Origin: Mobula hypostoma
Lineage: Eukaryota
Assembly (NCBI RefSeq): GCF_963921235.1
Contig: NC_086097.1
Location: forward strand, 40,674,001 to 40,738,000
Reading direction: 5' to 3'
Length of the DNA stretch: 64,000 nucleotides
Below, piece by piece: positions 39,606-52,375 of this stretch. Every line of letters begins with the position of its first letter. Position 1 is the stretch's first letter. Both the position numbers and the translations under genes were made by a program. The notes beneath the pieces are model-generated. The model was not told the origin of the DNA and searched no databases. It saw only the letters and a list, made by a program, of their open reading frames with translations.

Positions 39606-40002
39606 GATGCAGAAGTGGGCTGAGAAGTGGCAGATGGAGTTCAACCAGGAGAAGTGTGAGGTGGTACATTTTGGAAGGACAAACACCAAGGCAGAGTACA
39701 AAGTAAATGGCATGATACTTGGTAGTGTGGAGGAGCAGAAGGGTCTGGGGGTACATGTCCACAGATCCCTGAAAGTTGCCTCACAGGTGGATAGGGTAGT
39801 TAAGAAAGCTTATGGGGTGTTAGCTTTCATAAGTTGAGGGATAGAGTTTAAGAGTCGTGATGTAATGATGCAACTCTATAAAACTCTGGTTAGGCCACAC
39901 TTGGAGTACTGTGTCCAGTTCTGGTCACCTCAGTATAGGAAGGATGTGGAAGCATTGGAAAGGGTACGGAGGAAATTTACCAGGATGCTGCCTGGTTAGA
40001 GA

Positions 40003-42144
40003 AACATAGAAACATAGAAAATAGGTGCAGGAGTAGGCCATTCGGCCCTTCAAGCCTGCACCGCCATTCAGTATGATCATGGCTGATCATCCAACTCAGA
40101 ACCCTGTACCAGCCTTCCCTCCATACCCCCGATCCCTTTGCCACAAGGGCCATATCTAACTCCCTCTTAAATATAGCCAATGAACTGGCCTCAACTGTTT
40201 CCTGTGGCAGAGAATTCCACAGATTCACCACTCTCTGTGTGAAGAAGTTTTTCCTAATCTCAGTCCTAAAAGGCTTCCCCTTTATCCTCAAACTGTGACC
40301 CCTCGTTCTGGACTTCCCCAACATCGGGAACAATCTTCCTGCATCTAGCCTGTCAAATCCCTTTAGGATTTTATACGTTTCAATCAGATCCCCCGTCAAT
40401 CTTCTAAATTTCAACGAGTATAAGCCTAGTTCATCCAGTCTTTCATCATATGAAAGTCCTGCCATCCCAGGAATCAATCTGGTGAACCTTCTTTGTACTC
40501 CCTCTATGGCAAGGATGTCTTTCCTCAGATTAGGGGACCAAAACTGCACACAATACTCCGGGTGTGGTCTCACCAAGGCCTTGTACAACTGCAGTAGTAC
40601 CTCCCTGCTCCTGTACTTGAATCCTCTTGCTGTAAATGCCAGCATACCATTCGCCTTTTTCACCGCCTGCTGTACCTGCATGCCCACTTTCAATGACTGG
40701 TGTATAATGACACCCAGGTCTCGTTGCACCTCCCCTTTTCCTAATCAGCCACCATTCAGATAATTATCTGTTTTCCTGTTTTTGCCACCAAAGTGGATAA
40801 CTTCACATTTATCCACATTAAATTGCCATGAATTTGCCCACTCACCTAACCTATCCAAGTCACCCTGCATCCTCTTAGCATCCTCCTCACAGCTAACACT
40901 GCCGCCCAGCTTCGTGTCATCCGCAAACTTGGAGATGCTGCATTTAATTCCCTCATCCAAGTCATTAATATATATTGTAAACAACTGGGGTCCCAGCACT
41001 GAGCCTTGCGGTACCCCACTAGTCACTGCCTGCCATTCTGAAAAGGTCCCGTTTATTCCCACTCTTTGCTTCCTGTCTGCCAACCAATTCTCTATCCACA
41101 TCAATACCATATCCCCAATACCGTGTGCTTTAAGTTTGCACACTAATCTCCTGTGTGGGACCTTGTCAAAAGCCTTTTGAAAATCCAAATCTACCACATC
41201 CACTGGTTCTCTCCTATCCACTCGACTAGTTACATCCTCAAAAATTCTATGAGATTCGTCAGACATGATTTTCCTTTCACAAATCCATGCTGACTTTGTC
41301 CGACGATTTCACTGCTTTCCAAATGTGCTGTTATCACATCATTGATAACTGACTCTAGCATTTCGCCACCACCGATGTTAGGCTAACCGGTCTATAATTC
41401 CCCGGTTTCTCTCTCCCTCCTTTTTTAAAAAGTGGGGTTACATTAGCCACCCTCCAATCCTCAGGAACTAGTCCAGAATCTAACGAGTTTTGAAAAATTA
41501 TCACTAATGCATCCACTATTTCTTGGGCTACTTCCTTAAGCACTCTGGGATGCAGACCATCTGGCCCTGGGGATTTATCTGCCTTTAATCCTCTCAATTT
41601 ACCTAACACCACTTCCCTACTAACATGTATTTCCCTCAGTTGCTCCATCTCACTAGACACTCTGTCCCCTACTATTTCCAGAAGATTATTTATGTCCTCC
41701 TTAGTGAAGACAGAACCAAAGTAATTATTCAATTGGTCTGCCATGTCCTTGTTCCCCATAATCAATTCACCTGTTTCTGTCTGTAGGGGACCTACATTTG
41801 TCTTAACCAGTCTTTTTCTTTTCACATATCTATAAAAGCTTTTACAGTCAGTTTTTATGTTCCCTGACAGTTTTCTCTCATAATCTTTTTTCCCCTTCCT
41901 AATCTCTTTTGGTTCCACACATAGCCGTCCACTCTGATTCTCTAAGGGACCAATTTTATCCCTCACTATCCTTTTGCTATTAATAAAACTGTAGAAACCC
42001 TTTGGATTTATTTTCACCTTACTTGCTAAAGCAACCTCGTATCTTCTTTTAGCTTTTCTAATTTCTTTCTTAAGATTCTTTTTACATTCTTTATATACGT
42101 CAAGCACCTCATTTACTCCATGCTGCCTATATTTATTGTAGATA
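40003..42144 (-). mobile_element. Chimeric 5'-truncated CR1 LINE 'B' inserted into element A
   Basis: RT ORFs 41355..42107, 40745..41266 (KFADDT) and 39977..40729, with a (TTTCTATG)n tail. TSD TTAGAGA at 39996-40002 and 42145-42151. The 5' ~245 bp derive from the C subfamily. Confidence 0.92.
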
Positions 42145-45100
42145 TTAGAGAGTATGCATTATGATCAGAGATTAAGGGAGCTAGGGCTTTACTCTTTGGA
42201 GAGAAGGAGGATGAGAGGAGACATGATAGAGGTGTACAAGATAATAAGAGGAATAGATAGAGTGGACAGCCAGCGCCTCTTCCCCGGGCACCGCTGCTCA
42301 ATACAAGAGGAAGGTTTTTTACTCTGAGAGTGGTTGGTGCGTGGAATGCACTGCCTGAATCAGTGGTGGAGGCAGATACTCTAGTGAAGTTTAAGAGACT
42401 ACTAGAAAGGTATATGGAGGAACTTAAGGTGGGGGCTTATATGGGAGGCAGGGTTTGAGGGTTGGCACAACATTGTGGGCCGAAGGGCATGTACTGTGCT
42501 GTACTATTCTATGTTCTATGTTCTATGTTGACTGTTCCTAATCAGACCCTGTCTATCCAGATAATTATACATACCATCTCTAAGATTACTTTCCATTAAT
42601 TTACCCACCACTGATGTCAAACTTACAGGCCGATAATTGCTAGGTTTACTCTTAGAACCCTTTTTAAACAATGGAACCACATGAGCAATATGCCAATCCT
42701 CTGGCACCATCCCTGTTTCTAATGACATTTGAAATATTTCTGTCAGAGCCCCTGCTATTTCTACACTAACTTCCCTCTTGGTCCCAGGGAATATCCTGTC
42801 AGGACCTGGAGACTTATCCACTTTTATTTTCCTTAAAAGCTCAATTACTTCCTCTTCTTTAGTCATCATAGTTTCCATAACTTCTCTTCCTGTTTCCTTT
42901 ACCTTACACAATTCAGCATCCTTCTCCTTAGTGAATAACAAAGAAAAGAAGTTGTTCAAAATCTTCCCCATCTCTTTTGGTTCCACACATAGCTGTCTAC
43001 TCTGATTTTCTGAGGGACCAATTTTATCCCTCACTATCCTTTTGCTATTAATATAACTGTAGAAACCCTTTGGATTTATTTTCACCTTACTTGCTAAAGC
43101 AACCTCGTATCTTCTTTTAGCTTTTCTAATTTCTTTCTTAAGATTCTTTTTACATTCTTTATATACCTCGAGCACCTCATGCTGCCTATATTTATTGTAG
43201 ATATCTCTCTTTTTCTGAACCAAGTTTCCAAAATCCCTTGAAAACTATAGCTCTCTCAAACTTTCAAACTTTCCTTTCAACTTAACAGGAACATGGAGAT
43301 TCTGTACCCTCAAAATTTCACCTTTAAATGACCTCCATTTCTCTATTACATCCTTCCCATAAAACAATTTGTCCCAATCCACTCCTTCTAAATCCTTTTG
43401 CATCTCCTCAAAGTTAGCCTTTCTTCAATCAAAAATCTCAACCCTGGGTCCAGGCCTATCTTTCTCCATAATTATATTGAAATGAATGGCATTGTGATCA
43501 CTGGACCCGAAGTGCTCCCCAACACATACCTTCGTCACCTGACCCATCTCATTCCCTAACAGGAGATCCAACACTGCCCCTTCTCCAGTTGGTACCTCTA
43601 TGTATTGCTGCAAAAAACAATCCAGCACACATTTTACAAACTCCAAACCATCCAGCCCTTTTACAATATGGGCTTCCCAGTCCAGGTGTGGAAAATTAAA
43701 ATCTCCCACAATCGCAACCTTTTGTTTACTACAAATATCTGGTATCTCCTTACAAATTTGCTCCTCCAATTCTCGCTCCCCATTAGGTGGACTATAATAC
43801 ACCCCTATAAGCGTCAGTACACCTTTCCTATTCCTCAATTCCAGCCAAATAGCCTCCCTAGACGAGCCCTCTGATCTATCCTGCCAGAGCACTGCTGTAA
43901 TATTTTCTCTGACAAGCAATGCAACACCTCCCCCTCTTGTCCCTCCAATTCTATCACACCTGAAGCAATGAAATCCAGGAATATTTAGTTGCCAATCATA
44001 CCGCTCCTGCAACCATGTTTCACTAATAGCTACAACATCATACTTCCAGGTATCAATCCATGCTCTAAGCTCATCTACCTTTCTTACAATGCTCATAGCA
44101 TTAAAATAATTGCATTTAAGAAATTTTCCACCTCTTTCTCTCTGTTTATTACTAACAGTGCAAACAACTTTACTAACTCCTTTTTCTTCCTTCTCCCCTA
44201 CATCTGTTCCTACACTCTGGTTCCCCTCCCCCCTTGTATCTAGTTTAAATCCACTGGAGCCTCTTGAGCAAACCTACCTGCAAGGATATTTGTCCCCCTC
44301 CAGTTCAGATGTAAACTGTCCCGCCGGAACAGGTCCCACCTTCCCTGGAAAACTGCCCAATTATCTATAAATCTGAAGCCCTCCCTCCTGCACCATGTCT
44401 TCAGCCACGTGTTGATCTGCGCTATCTTACTATTTCTAAACCCGCCTGCATGTGGCACTGGTAGCAATCCTATGATTGCTATCCTGGAAGTCCTGTCCTT
44501 TAACTTGGCACCTAACTCCCTATACTCACCTTTCAGGACCTCCTCACTCTTCCTACGCACGTCATTGGTCCCTACATGGACCACGACATCCGGCTGCTCA
44601 CCCTCCCTGTTGAGAATACTGAGAACCTGATCCGAGATATCGCGAACCTTGTCACCAGGGAGGCAACAGACCATCCGGGATTCTCGATCTCTTCCACAGA
44701 ACCTCTTATCTGTCCCCCTAACTATCGAATCCCCTATCACTACTGCTTTCTTCTTTTCCCTCCTTCCCTTCTGAGCTGAGGGTCCAGTCTCGGTGCCGGA
44801 GACGTAACCACTGCAACTTGTCCCTGGTAGGTCGTCCCCATCAACAGTATCCTGAATGATACTTATTATTGGTGGGAACGGCCACAGGGGTGCTCTGATC
44901 ATTATGTCTATTCCCCTTCCCTCTCCTGACAGTCACCCAGATACCTGTCTCCTGACTCTTAGGGGTGATTATCTCTCTGTAACTCCTGTTTATTTCTGCC
45001 TCTGCCTCCCAAATGATCCGAAGTTCATCCAGCTCCAGTTCCCTAACTTGGTTTGACAGGAGCTGCAGTTGGATGCACCTTTTACAGGTGTAGTCATCAG

Positions 45101-46528
45101 GGACGATTGTGCTCGCCCTGACTTCCCACATTCTGCAAACGGAGCAGTCAACTGCCTTAACTGCTGCCTCCATTACCTACTCTCAAGGTAATTAAATTAA
45201 TTAAAGGAACTTATCTGGCCTTACCTCACTTGGAGTGAAGCTGGTCCTCAGCCTCTGGTCGCCAAAGCCTCTTGAGCCAAAGTCTTCCTACTCTGTCTCC
45301 CTCTACTCCGTCGTCCACTACAACACCACCTGCTCCATTAATCTGCTCACTTTTTAACTCTCTTGCTGCCTCACGGTCTGACTTTCATGTGCTTGCACAG
45401 TCATGCCCCGTTCAACCGCCGAAGAAATGTTCAACCGCCAAAGAATGATGGGTTCCAATAAAGTTGGATGCTTTGTCCTTGGTATCAAGCTTATTCATTG
45501 TGGTTGGAGCTGCATTCAGGTAGGCAAGTGGAGATTATTCCACTTCACACCTGAATTATGCTTTGTATTTTGAGGAAATGTTTTGAAATGTCAGCAGGTG
45601 AGTCACACAGCTTTCATCTATCCTTGATGTAATGATACTTATGTAGGTGGTCCAGTTGAATTTCTGTGCAATTGATATCTGCAACATGCTGACGGTGGAT
45701 AACTGGGTCATGGTAATGTGTTTCAAGGGCAGGTTGCTCAGATTCACATTTTGATTGCACGGATGATTGATCTTCAACAATCACTACTCTTTTTCTTTGG
45801 ATCCAATGTTACTCACATAATACTACTCCGGCTGTGACTTGTAATGCTCTATTACTTCAGTTTTACTAGAACACTGTGATGCCATGCATGCTAAGGGCAG
45901 TCACTCTTGCTTATATCTGGAATTCAGCTCTTTTCGACCATGTTTAGGCTAAGATTGTGATGACAACTGGAGCTGGGTGACGCAAATGATAAAGTATACA
46001 AACTTTTAACCTTTACTCAACCAATTTTAAAGTACATTAACCATTCTTTACCATGGTCCCTTGCAGCCATTCCTCTTATCTCAAATGAGTGTAGACACTT
46101 GGCATCGAGTCAGGTCTAACATGGTGCAGGTTTTTTTCGGCTTTAGCCCAGTAGAAGCAGCAGCAAGTTTAGAACTTCCACATATGCAAGATCTTCTGGG
46201 GAATCCCAGACTTGGCAGCATGTATGTTGGAGATTGCCAGCAGTTCCAAACAGAATTGTTAGCATTTTGTTGCAAACTCCAGGCAATATTAGGATTGTAG
46301 CCAGTCAGGAAATGCTCTTCAAAGCAATGTTAAAGACTTCATTATACATTAACTATTATACATTATACATTCATTATCAAATTCTAACACATTGGTGTAA
46401 CCATTGTGCATGCTTAAAAATAATTTTAAGATTACCAAGTATTACAATATTGTCTGTAATGTATAATACTTCCAGAAGTATAACAAAGAATAATTTAAAT
46501 GATCTTTGTTGAGAATAAAATACCTAAG

Positions 46529-46808
46529 TCCCTTTCCCCCTTCCCTTTCCCCCTTCCCTTTCCCCCTTCCCTTTCCCCCTTCCCTTTCCCCCTTCCCTTT
46601 CCCCCTTCCCTTTCCCCCTTCCCTTCCCCCTTCCCTTTCCCCCTTCCCTTTCCCCCTTCCCTTTCCCCCTTCCCTTTCCCCCTCCCCTTTCCACCTCCCC
46701 TTTCCCCCTCCCCTTTCCCCCTCCCCTTTCCCCCTCCCCTTTCCCCCTCCCCTTTCCCCCTCCCCTTCCCCCTCCCCTTTCCCCCCTCTCCCCCCTCTCC
46801 CCCTCCTC
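46529..46808 (+). repeat. Almost pure polypyrimidine minisatellite (~13-bp unit TTTCCCCCTTCCC grading to TTTCCCCCTCCCC)
   Basis: Read directly: about 280 bp of C/T with a single A interruption. Confidence 0.97.
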
Positions 46809-49603
46809 TTTGGCATGTTCAGTGCCGTTGGTCAGGCTTTAGGCAGTACAAAAGAGAATAACATGAGATGTTCACCCACAAAAACTGGTATCAGAATAGT
46901 GTTCAAGGCCCACACACAATTATAGGCTCTCCATCCCGGACCTACTGTGCTGACTAGGACTGTCAGATTGCCACCATTAGGAATCCTAGTTAGAAGGTGG
47001 GCAATCAGTCAGTTTTAGAATGATATCCATTAAAGGACTGGAAACACATTAATGAACTTACGATTTTCCTCTAACAACTAAACGAACAGCAGACATGCTT
47101 GATACAAGTATCTCCAAGTAATTGATCTTGTTCGGTTTGAGCTACTAGGGTAGTTGAATAAGAAGTACAAGTGATTAGCGGTATTTGCCTAATGTCAAGG
47201 AGTGCTGAAAATGAGTGGATGTAAAGTGGGAAGCACACCCGTAGGTGGAGTCTTATCTCACAGAAAGGAAGTTGATTGTGGTTGTTGGAGGTTTCAATCC
47301 ATCATTGCAGAGCTCCTTGGGACAGTGTCCTGTGACCAGCCATCTTCAACTAATTCTTCAATGACCTTCCTGCATTTTAAGGTTAAAAGTGGGAATATTT
47401 GTTTGCCGATGTTTGTATGGTATTCAATTTCATTTGCAGCTTGTCGTTATGTGAAGCATTCCATGCCTGCATGCAGCAGAATTTAGACACCATTCGTGCT
47501 CATGAAGATAAGTGGCAATTAACATTTGTACACCAAAAGTGCCCTTCTGTAACCATCTCCCACAGGAATATATTGTATGTTCCTACTCTTGACATTCACA
47601 TTACCTTACTTACATCATCAATGTCCTTTGTCATCGCTGGCCTGAAGCTTGACTGAAACAGCCACACAAGCACTGTGGTCAGAGACACAAGTGAATACAC
47701 TCCACTTGTCTGGCTGAGTAGAAATCTTAAAAAAAACTTGCACCATCCAGGAAAAAAAATCCTTTCATGATTGACCCCCTAATAAATATAATTAATATTA
47801 ACTTGCCAGGTTCTAACCCACTATTGCATACTCTTGATTCTGAAAAGAAGGAATGCTTCTTCTCATAACTGATAACTTGGAGCAATATTATTTTCTTCTG
47901 TCTCAGTGCTTGGAGGCTGCCCGCTTTTATTTGCCTGCCATTTCCTTCTGTTATTACACCAGTTTCTACCACCTTGATTCCCTCTCCTACCACTTCTCTG
48001 TCACCTTGCCGTTCTCACTGGTCAATGCAGCTGTATACACAAAGTCTTGTCGCTTTCCTGAGCAGGTAGGGCAGCAGGTGAAAGAGCAGTATAGGTTTGT
48101 GCACTCCAGATCTCGCCCAACCCAGTGAAGCAGCTGACTTATCTTGTTTCTCTTTCACTGGGTCTTCTTACCCTGGCAGCCGTGCTGGGAAAAGACCAGA
48201 GCAGACAGGGGATGGAGAAGCTGCTTGCTGCAGACAGACATTGATTGAGTAATTCAAGATAGCTGCAACTAATCACATCAGGACAGGAGTGGGTTATACA
48301 CTCGGGTGAGGAACTGCACTTTAAGACATGCTGATGAATTTTGACAATTGCAATATAATCTCCATTATCTGTGCTCTAATTATCTGCTATCCCAATTTAT
48401 CCAGCAGAACTTCTGTGGAAAAAAAAGCCTAACTCTGGATGTTACCTCATTAAATCGTCCACTAAAACCAATCTGTTCTCAGCAAGCACAATATGCAGCG
48501 TGAACTGAACCATATAGGCCAATGTTAATCAGCGTCATGTCACAAAAGAAAATGACTGAATGCAGTTTGTTTGCTTTCATGCTATACTATGTGCAAATGT
48601 AAACTTTGGAGGTCATTATTCAATAACTCCCATTAATTCCACATGAGAGATGTCCCTCCGTCCTAGCAGATAAAGGAACTTCCATCCTGAGCATTAGATC
48701 AGGTAGTCTTTGTTTCTTGGGTGCTATATAGTCCAATCAGGATTTTATCTGGAATAATAAGTTCCAGAGGAACTCATGCCTGATAGAAATTGGATCTGGC
48801 CTTTCCATGCACTATCGATATTAAATTGTCTGATGTTCTCCTGACATCAGCCACCTATCAAATAATATTGTGATGAACTTTTTCCCATATTTTTGCTCGC
48901 AGCAACTTAAGTTGAAGCAGAAAGTACCACACTGTGACTGTTTTGGTAGAACTTATGATCATGTCGTGCTATTCTGTTCCTCTTCATTCATGAGACAAGG
49001 CCAGAGAAGTGACTGCTTTGCTCAGCACCTACTCTCTATCCACTGTGGCCATGTGGAGCTCCTGATTCAAAAGCCATTTATATTCCCCTCCCTAGTCCCA
49101 CACCGATCTACCTGTCCTCTGCCCCCTTGACTACCAGGGTGAGGCTAAGTGCAAACTGGAGGAACAGCTTGTCACGTTCTGCCCGAGTAGTCCACAACCT
49201 GACAGCACGGATGGTGAATTTTCCAATTTTGTATAACCTGCTCCCACCCTGTGCCTTCCTCTCTCCTGATCTAAACAGATGCTGTCATGCATACCCCTCC
49301 TTCCTAACAAATCTCCCACATCTCCTATCACCCAGTTTCTTCCACCTCCTTCCACCTACTCCATATGCCTATCATGTACATTGGGTCCCATGCTTCCAGT
49401 ATACCTATCTACCCTTCCACTTCTCTATTGATTTCCGTGCTCCCTTTCCTATCTGATTAAATCATCCCACCACATTTTTGTTGTGTCCGGCTATTATCTC
49501 CCACCCTCTGTCACTATTTCTATCCTCCTCCATTTGACTCCATCTGCCAATCATCTCCTCTTTTCATGGATCTACCTATCTGGCCCTGAGCCGCCCCCTC
49601 ATC

Positions 49604-49845
49604 TCTCATGTTTGCAACTCCAAAACATAAAGCTAAAAGAAAAGATGGAGAGTCCAAAATGTGAGTCTAGCTTAGTTTTACTTTAAGTGAGGCAACCACA
49701 TATCAAGTGGTGACATGATAATGTATGCCATTTAAGTACTTTTATATATAACCCACAATGCATTTTGTAAATGACAAAGAATGCTTAATCAAACAATATA
49801 TTTACAATATAACTCAAATATTACTGAAATATTAAATACACAACA
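49604..49845 (-). repeat. 3' LTR
   Basis: Aligns with 52376-52623 (both end in GAAATATTAAATACACAACA on +). Adjacent to the PPT at 49846-49860. Confidence 0.88.
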
Positions 49846-50134
49846 CTCTTCCCTGCTTAGCTATGAACTCCAACTCAATATAGAATACATCTCAACTACT
49901 GCATATAGACAGTATATTATATAATACAACTACTATAAACAAGCATCCACAACATAGTAGATTTTAAATTGTCCCATTCAGTCCTTAAGATTTAATTGCT
50001 GTGGAGGTTTTCTTACTTTTGTGGGATGACAACTTTCCCAACAAGGGGGATCACTCCATGTGGTTGTATTAGTTGACTCTGAGACTGCAGGAAGTGGTTC
50101 TGACAGCTCTAGACACCTTTCTTCTCCTTCTCTC

Positions 50135-50806
50135 AGCTTTTCTTTCTGGATTTACTTCAATAACTTCTCTCTTGACCCCAACTTCATTCTCTTTCTTTTT
50201 CTTTCTCTCATTCCTTCTCTCTTTCACACCTTTCCCTTTCTTGTTCTCATTCTTTCTCTCTCTCTCCTCCCTTTTTAACTTCTTGTCTTTCATTTACTCA
50301 CCTATTTCTTCTTTCTAGATAGTGCATCTTGATCTTGTGAAGGTATATTTAGTTACTGGAGTATTCTATTAGTAGTCCTTCTGTTGCTTTCTTTAATATC
50401 TGATCTGTCCTCTTGGTTTCCTCATCCACAACATCATCATCTGATTTTTTTTATCTTCTTTGACTTCTTTCTTTTTAGCCTTCCATTCATAGAGCTGGGC
50501 TTTGGTCTTTACATCTACTTTTACATGCAGCTTTATGTCTCCTATTTGAAGTTCATGCAATAATCTTAATGCACACATAGTAGATGATAGTTCTTTATAG
50601 TCAAAAAAAAGTCGAATGCTTGCAAGTTTCCTGAAGCTCCTTGAACTCTCTTCCAGCCAGTTTTCACAAGTTGCTGCCTCATTATCGGAAGCTTTCTCAG
50701 ATATGGTGCCTACAAAAATTGTTGTAGTCAGATATCTGCTTTCATCACTTTCACAATTCATTGGTCCAATATGCTTTCCAATCAGAGACACAGAGGTTGG
50801 AACCAA
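50135..50806 (-). pseudogene. RBM25: Intronless RBM25 (RNA-binding motif protein 25) fragment: RRM and start of the RE/RD-rich region
   Basis: Translations give VPTSVSLIGKHIG, TTTIFVGTISEKASD, WKRVQGASGNLQAF (alternative frame), YKELSSTMCALRLLHELQIGDIKLHVKVDVKTKAQLYEWKAKKK, DEETKRTDQILKKATEGLLIEYSS and PSQDQDALSRKKK. These match vertebrate RBM25 as recalled (TTTVFVGNISEKASD...WKRVQGASGKLQAFGFCEYKEPESTLRALRLLHDLQIGEKKLLVKVDAKTKAQLDEWKAKKK). Frameshifts and stops are present. Confidence 0.9.
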
Positions 50807-51810
50807 CTCCTGTTATCCCTCTGTTGAGGGACCGTTCATGGTGCATAGCATGGAGATAGATGTGTCATCATCCAGCCCCTTCCTTAATTTCCTTTAATTG
50901 ACTCTATTGCAGAGGATGTGAGGCACATATAATCAATGGATCTCTATCAAATTGTAGTTGTCTCAGTCAATCATGGCCCTACAATGGTGGCTGTCCTGTT
51001 TTTGCCACATACAAGCCCAATGTGGCTTGTTGGTTGTTGTATTTCACTGTTACAAATGTCATTGCCACAGGATTTACATTTTCTTAACTATAAATTCTTA
51101 GATATCTGCAGGCTTCAGTTTAGTATTGTTGAAATGCCAGCCAAACCCATTTTGTGGAATGACAAACAGCCGAGCCAGTGTCCAATTCCATTTTAATAAA
51201 TTTGCTGTTCACTTGTGTAAGTCATATGGCTTATCTATTGTTAATTTTCACATTTTAAGTTTTGAGGCTACCTAGTCCTGCATCACCCTCATCATTATCA
51301 CATTTTTCATCAACAGAAAGTTTAGTGCTCTTTTTGAATCTTCAGTTTGATTTTTTTTAGCATTTTCTCTTCCTTCTGCATTCTATTTATTTTGTCCGCC
51401 TGGCAAGCTCCTTTTATGTGTCCTACTTGTTGTTTTTCTGCAAGTTTCACCAGGAAACCTGCGTTGGAATGGTGTATATGAGCCCCTGCCACAACAGTAA
51501 ATCCATTTGTTTTACTCATCTCTGGCTGCTGTTTCCATTAGTGCAGTTATTTCAACTGCTCTTTTAAATGTAAGTCATGCTTCAGTTTTGGAATGCTTTT
51601 TTGTAAAATTACACAAACTAAAGGATCTCTCAGTGCATCATTAAGCTCATCATTAACTGACTGAGAAAATCTCTTCAATTCTGCAACATACACTGAAATG
51701 GACTCCCCTTCCTTTTGATTCTGCAACATTCTGCAATCTGAAACATTCTAAAACATTCTAAATCATTCTGCAATCAACAATGGTTTTGGTTCAAAAGGTT
51801 CTTGTATTAC

Positions 51811-51908
51811 TATCTTGTATAGTACTAAGGTTTTTTATTACTATTTAATTATTTATGGTGCAACTGTAACGAAAACCAATTTCCCCTGGGATCAATAAAG
51901 TATGACTA
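51811..51908 (+). mobile_element. Short LINE/SINE 3'-tail insertion inside the LTR element's gag
   Basis: Ends in AATTTCCCCTGGGATCAATAAAGTATGACTA. TSD TGTATTAC at 51803-51810 and 51909-51916. Confidence 0.7.
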
Positions 51909-52375
51909 TGTATTACATTCACTATATCAGCAATATCATTTCAGTTAGTTTGATTGAAGCAGTTAAATTTCTAAGCAAACTGTAAATTTTTAAATCCAAT
52001 ACACTCAGCAAAACCGACACTTGCTTCTCATTGGCTATTTCATTAGCTCAATTATTGCAAGTATTGCTCAATTAGTTCAGTATACATATTTCAGTTATCA
52101 TTTATGTAATTGAACACATGAATCTTTCTAGTGCAGCCATCACCTGATACTCACTGTTTATAAACCCATGAATTCTTCTGTTTTCTACCTTTGTTTTAAA
52201 CTTGATCATATTTACTTTTGCAAAGAAGACATGCTGATTCATAGGAAAAACAACATACTGTGCTGATTTTTTAACATGTCCGCTTCTCGCTGCGCTTTTT
52301 TTTAGCTCGAATGTCTCACTACACTTCAGCAGGTAGGTAGTTGTCTGGGGTTAATTTTAAAAATACCTCATTGCC

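Larger units (their letters stand above)
37342..42524 (+). mobile_element. 5'-truncated CR1 LINE 'A' (pieces 37342-40002 and 42145-42524) inserted into element C
   Basis: Contains the end of ORF1 (GFRFLDHW...DGLHLN), the ORF2 start (LKCVYLNARSIRNK) and a 598-aa EN-RT ORF at 37809..39605. A (TTCTATG)n tail lies at about 42505-42529. Confidence 0.93.
36050..45446 (-). mobile_element. Full-length CR1 LINE 'C' (pieces 42525-45446 and 36050-37341), split by nested CR1s
   Basis: ORF1 has a zinc finger (VDCSVC...DYTCKRC, 44841..45173) and an SGNH esterase (VVIGDSIVRG, HVGTND, 44240..44902). ORF2 has the endonuclease (ISETW, GDFN, SSDH; 43425..44096), a linker (42516..43223) and RT (36272..37240: [23 protein letters not shown]). 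The halves rejoin as ...CACAAATCCATG|TTGACTGTTCC. Confidence 0.93.
35805..46000 (-). mobile_element. Ancient degraded LINE (pieces 35805-36045 and 45450-46000) hosting the CR1 nest
   Basis: GTAATTGCCCTTGAGAAGGTG... on the left appears to continue as GGTTGGAGCTGCATTCAGGTAGGCAAGTGGAG...GGTCCAGTTGAATTTCTG on the right. The match is by recall and approximate. Confidence 0.4.

Noticed and set aside
45411..45446. Short direct repeat TTCAACCGCC.AAGAA as a CRISPR-like array or TSD
   Set aside because: Only two units, at the CR1 5' end, with no match at the element's 3' flank. It is a local duplication.
46442..46925. Pro/Phe-rich and Gly/Lys/Glu-rich ORFs of 120-139 aa
   Set aside because: They are translations of the polypyrimidine minisatellite, which cannot contain stop codons.
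50135..50806. RBM25 as the functional host gene of this window
   Set aside because: It is partial, intronless, frameshifted, contains stops and sits between LTRs.
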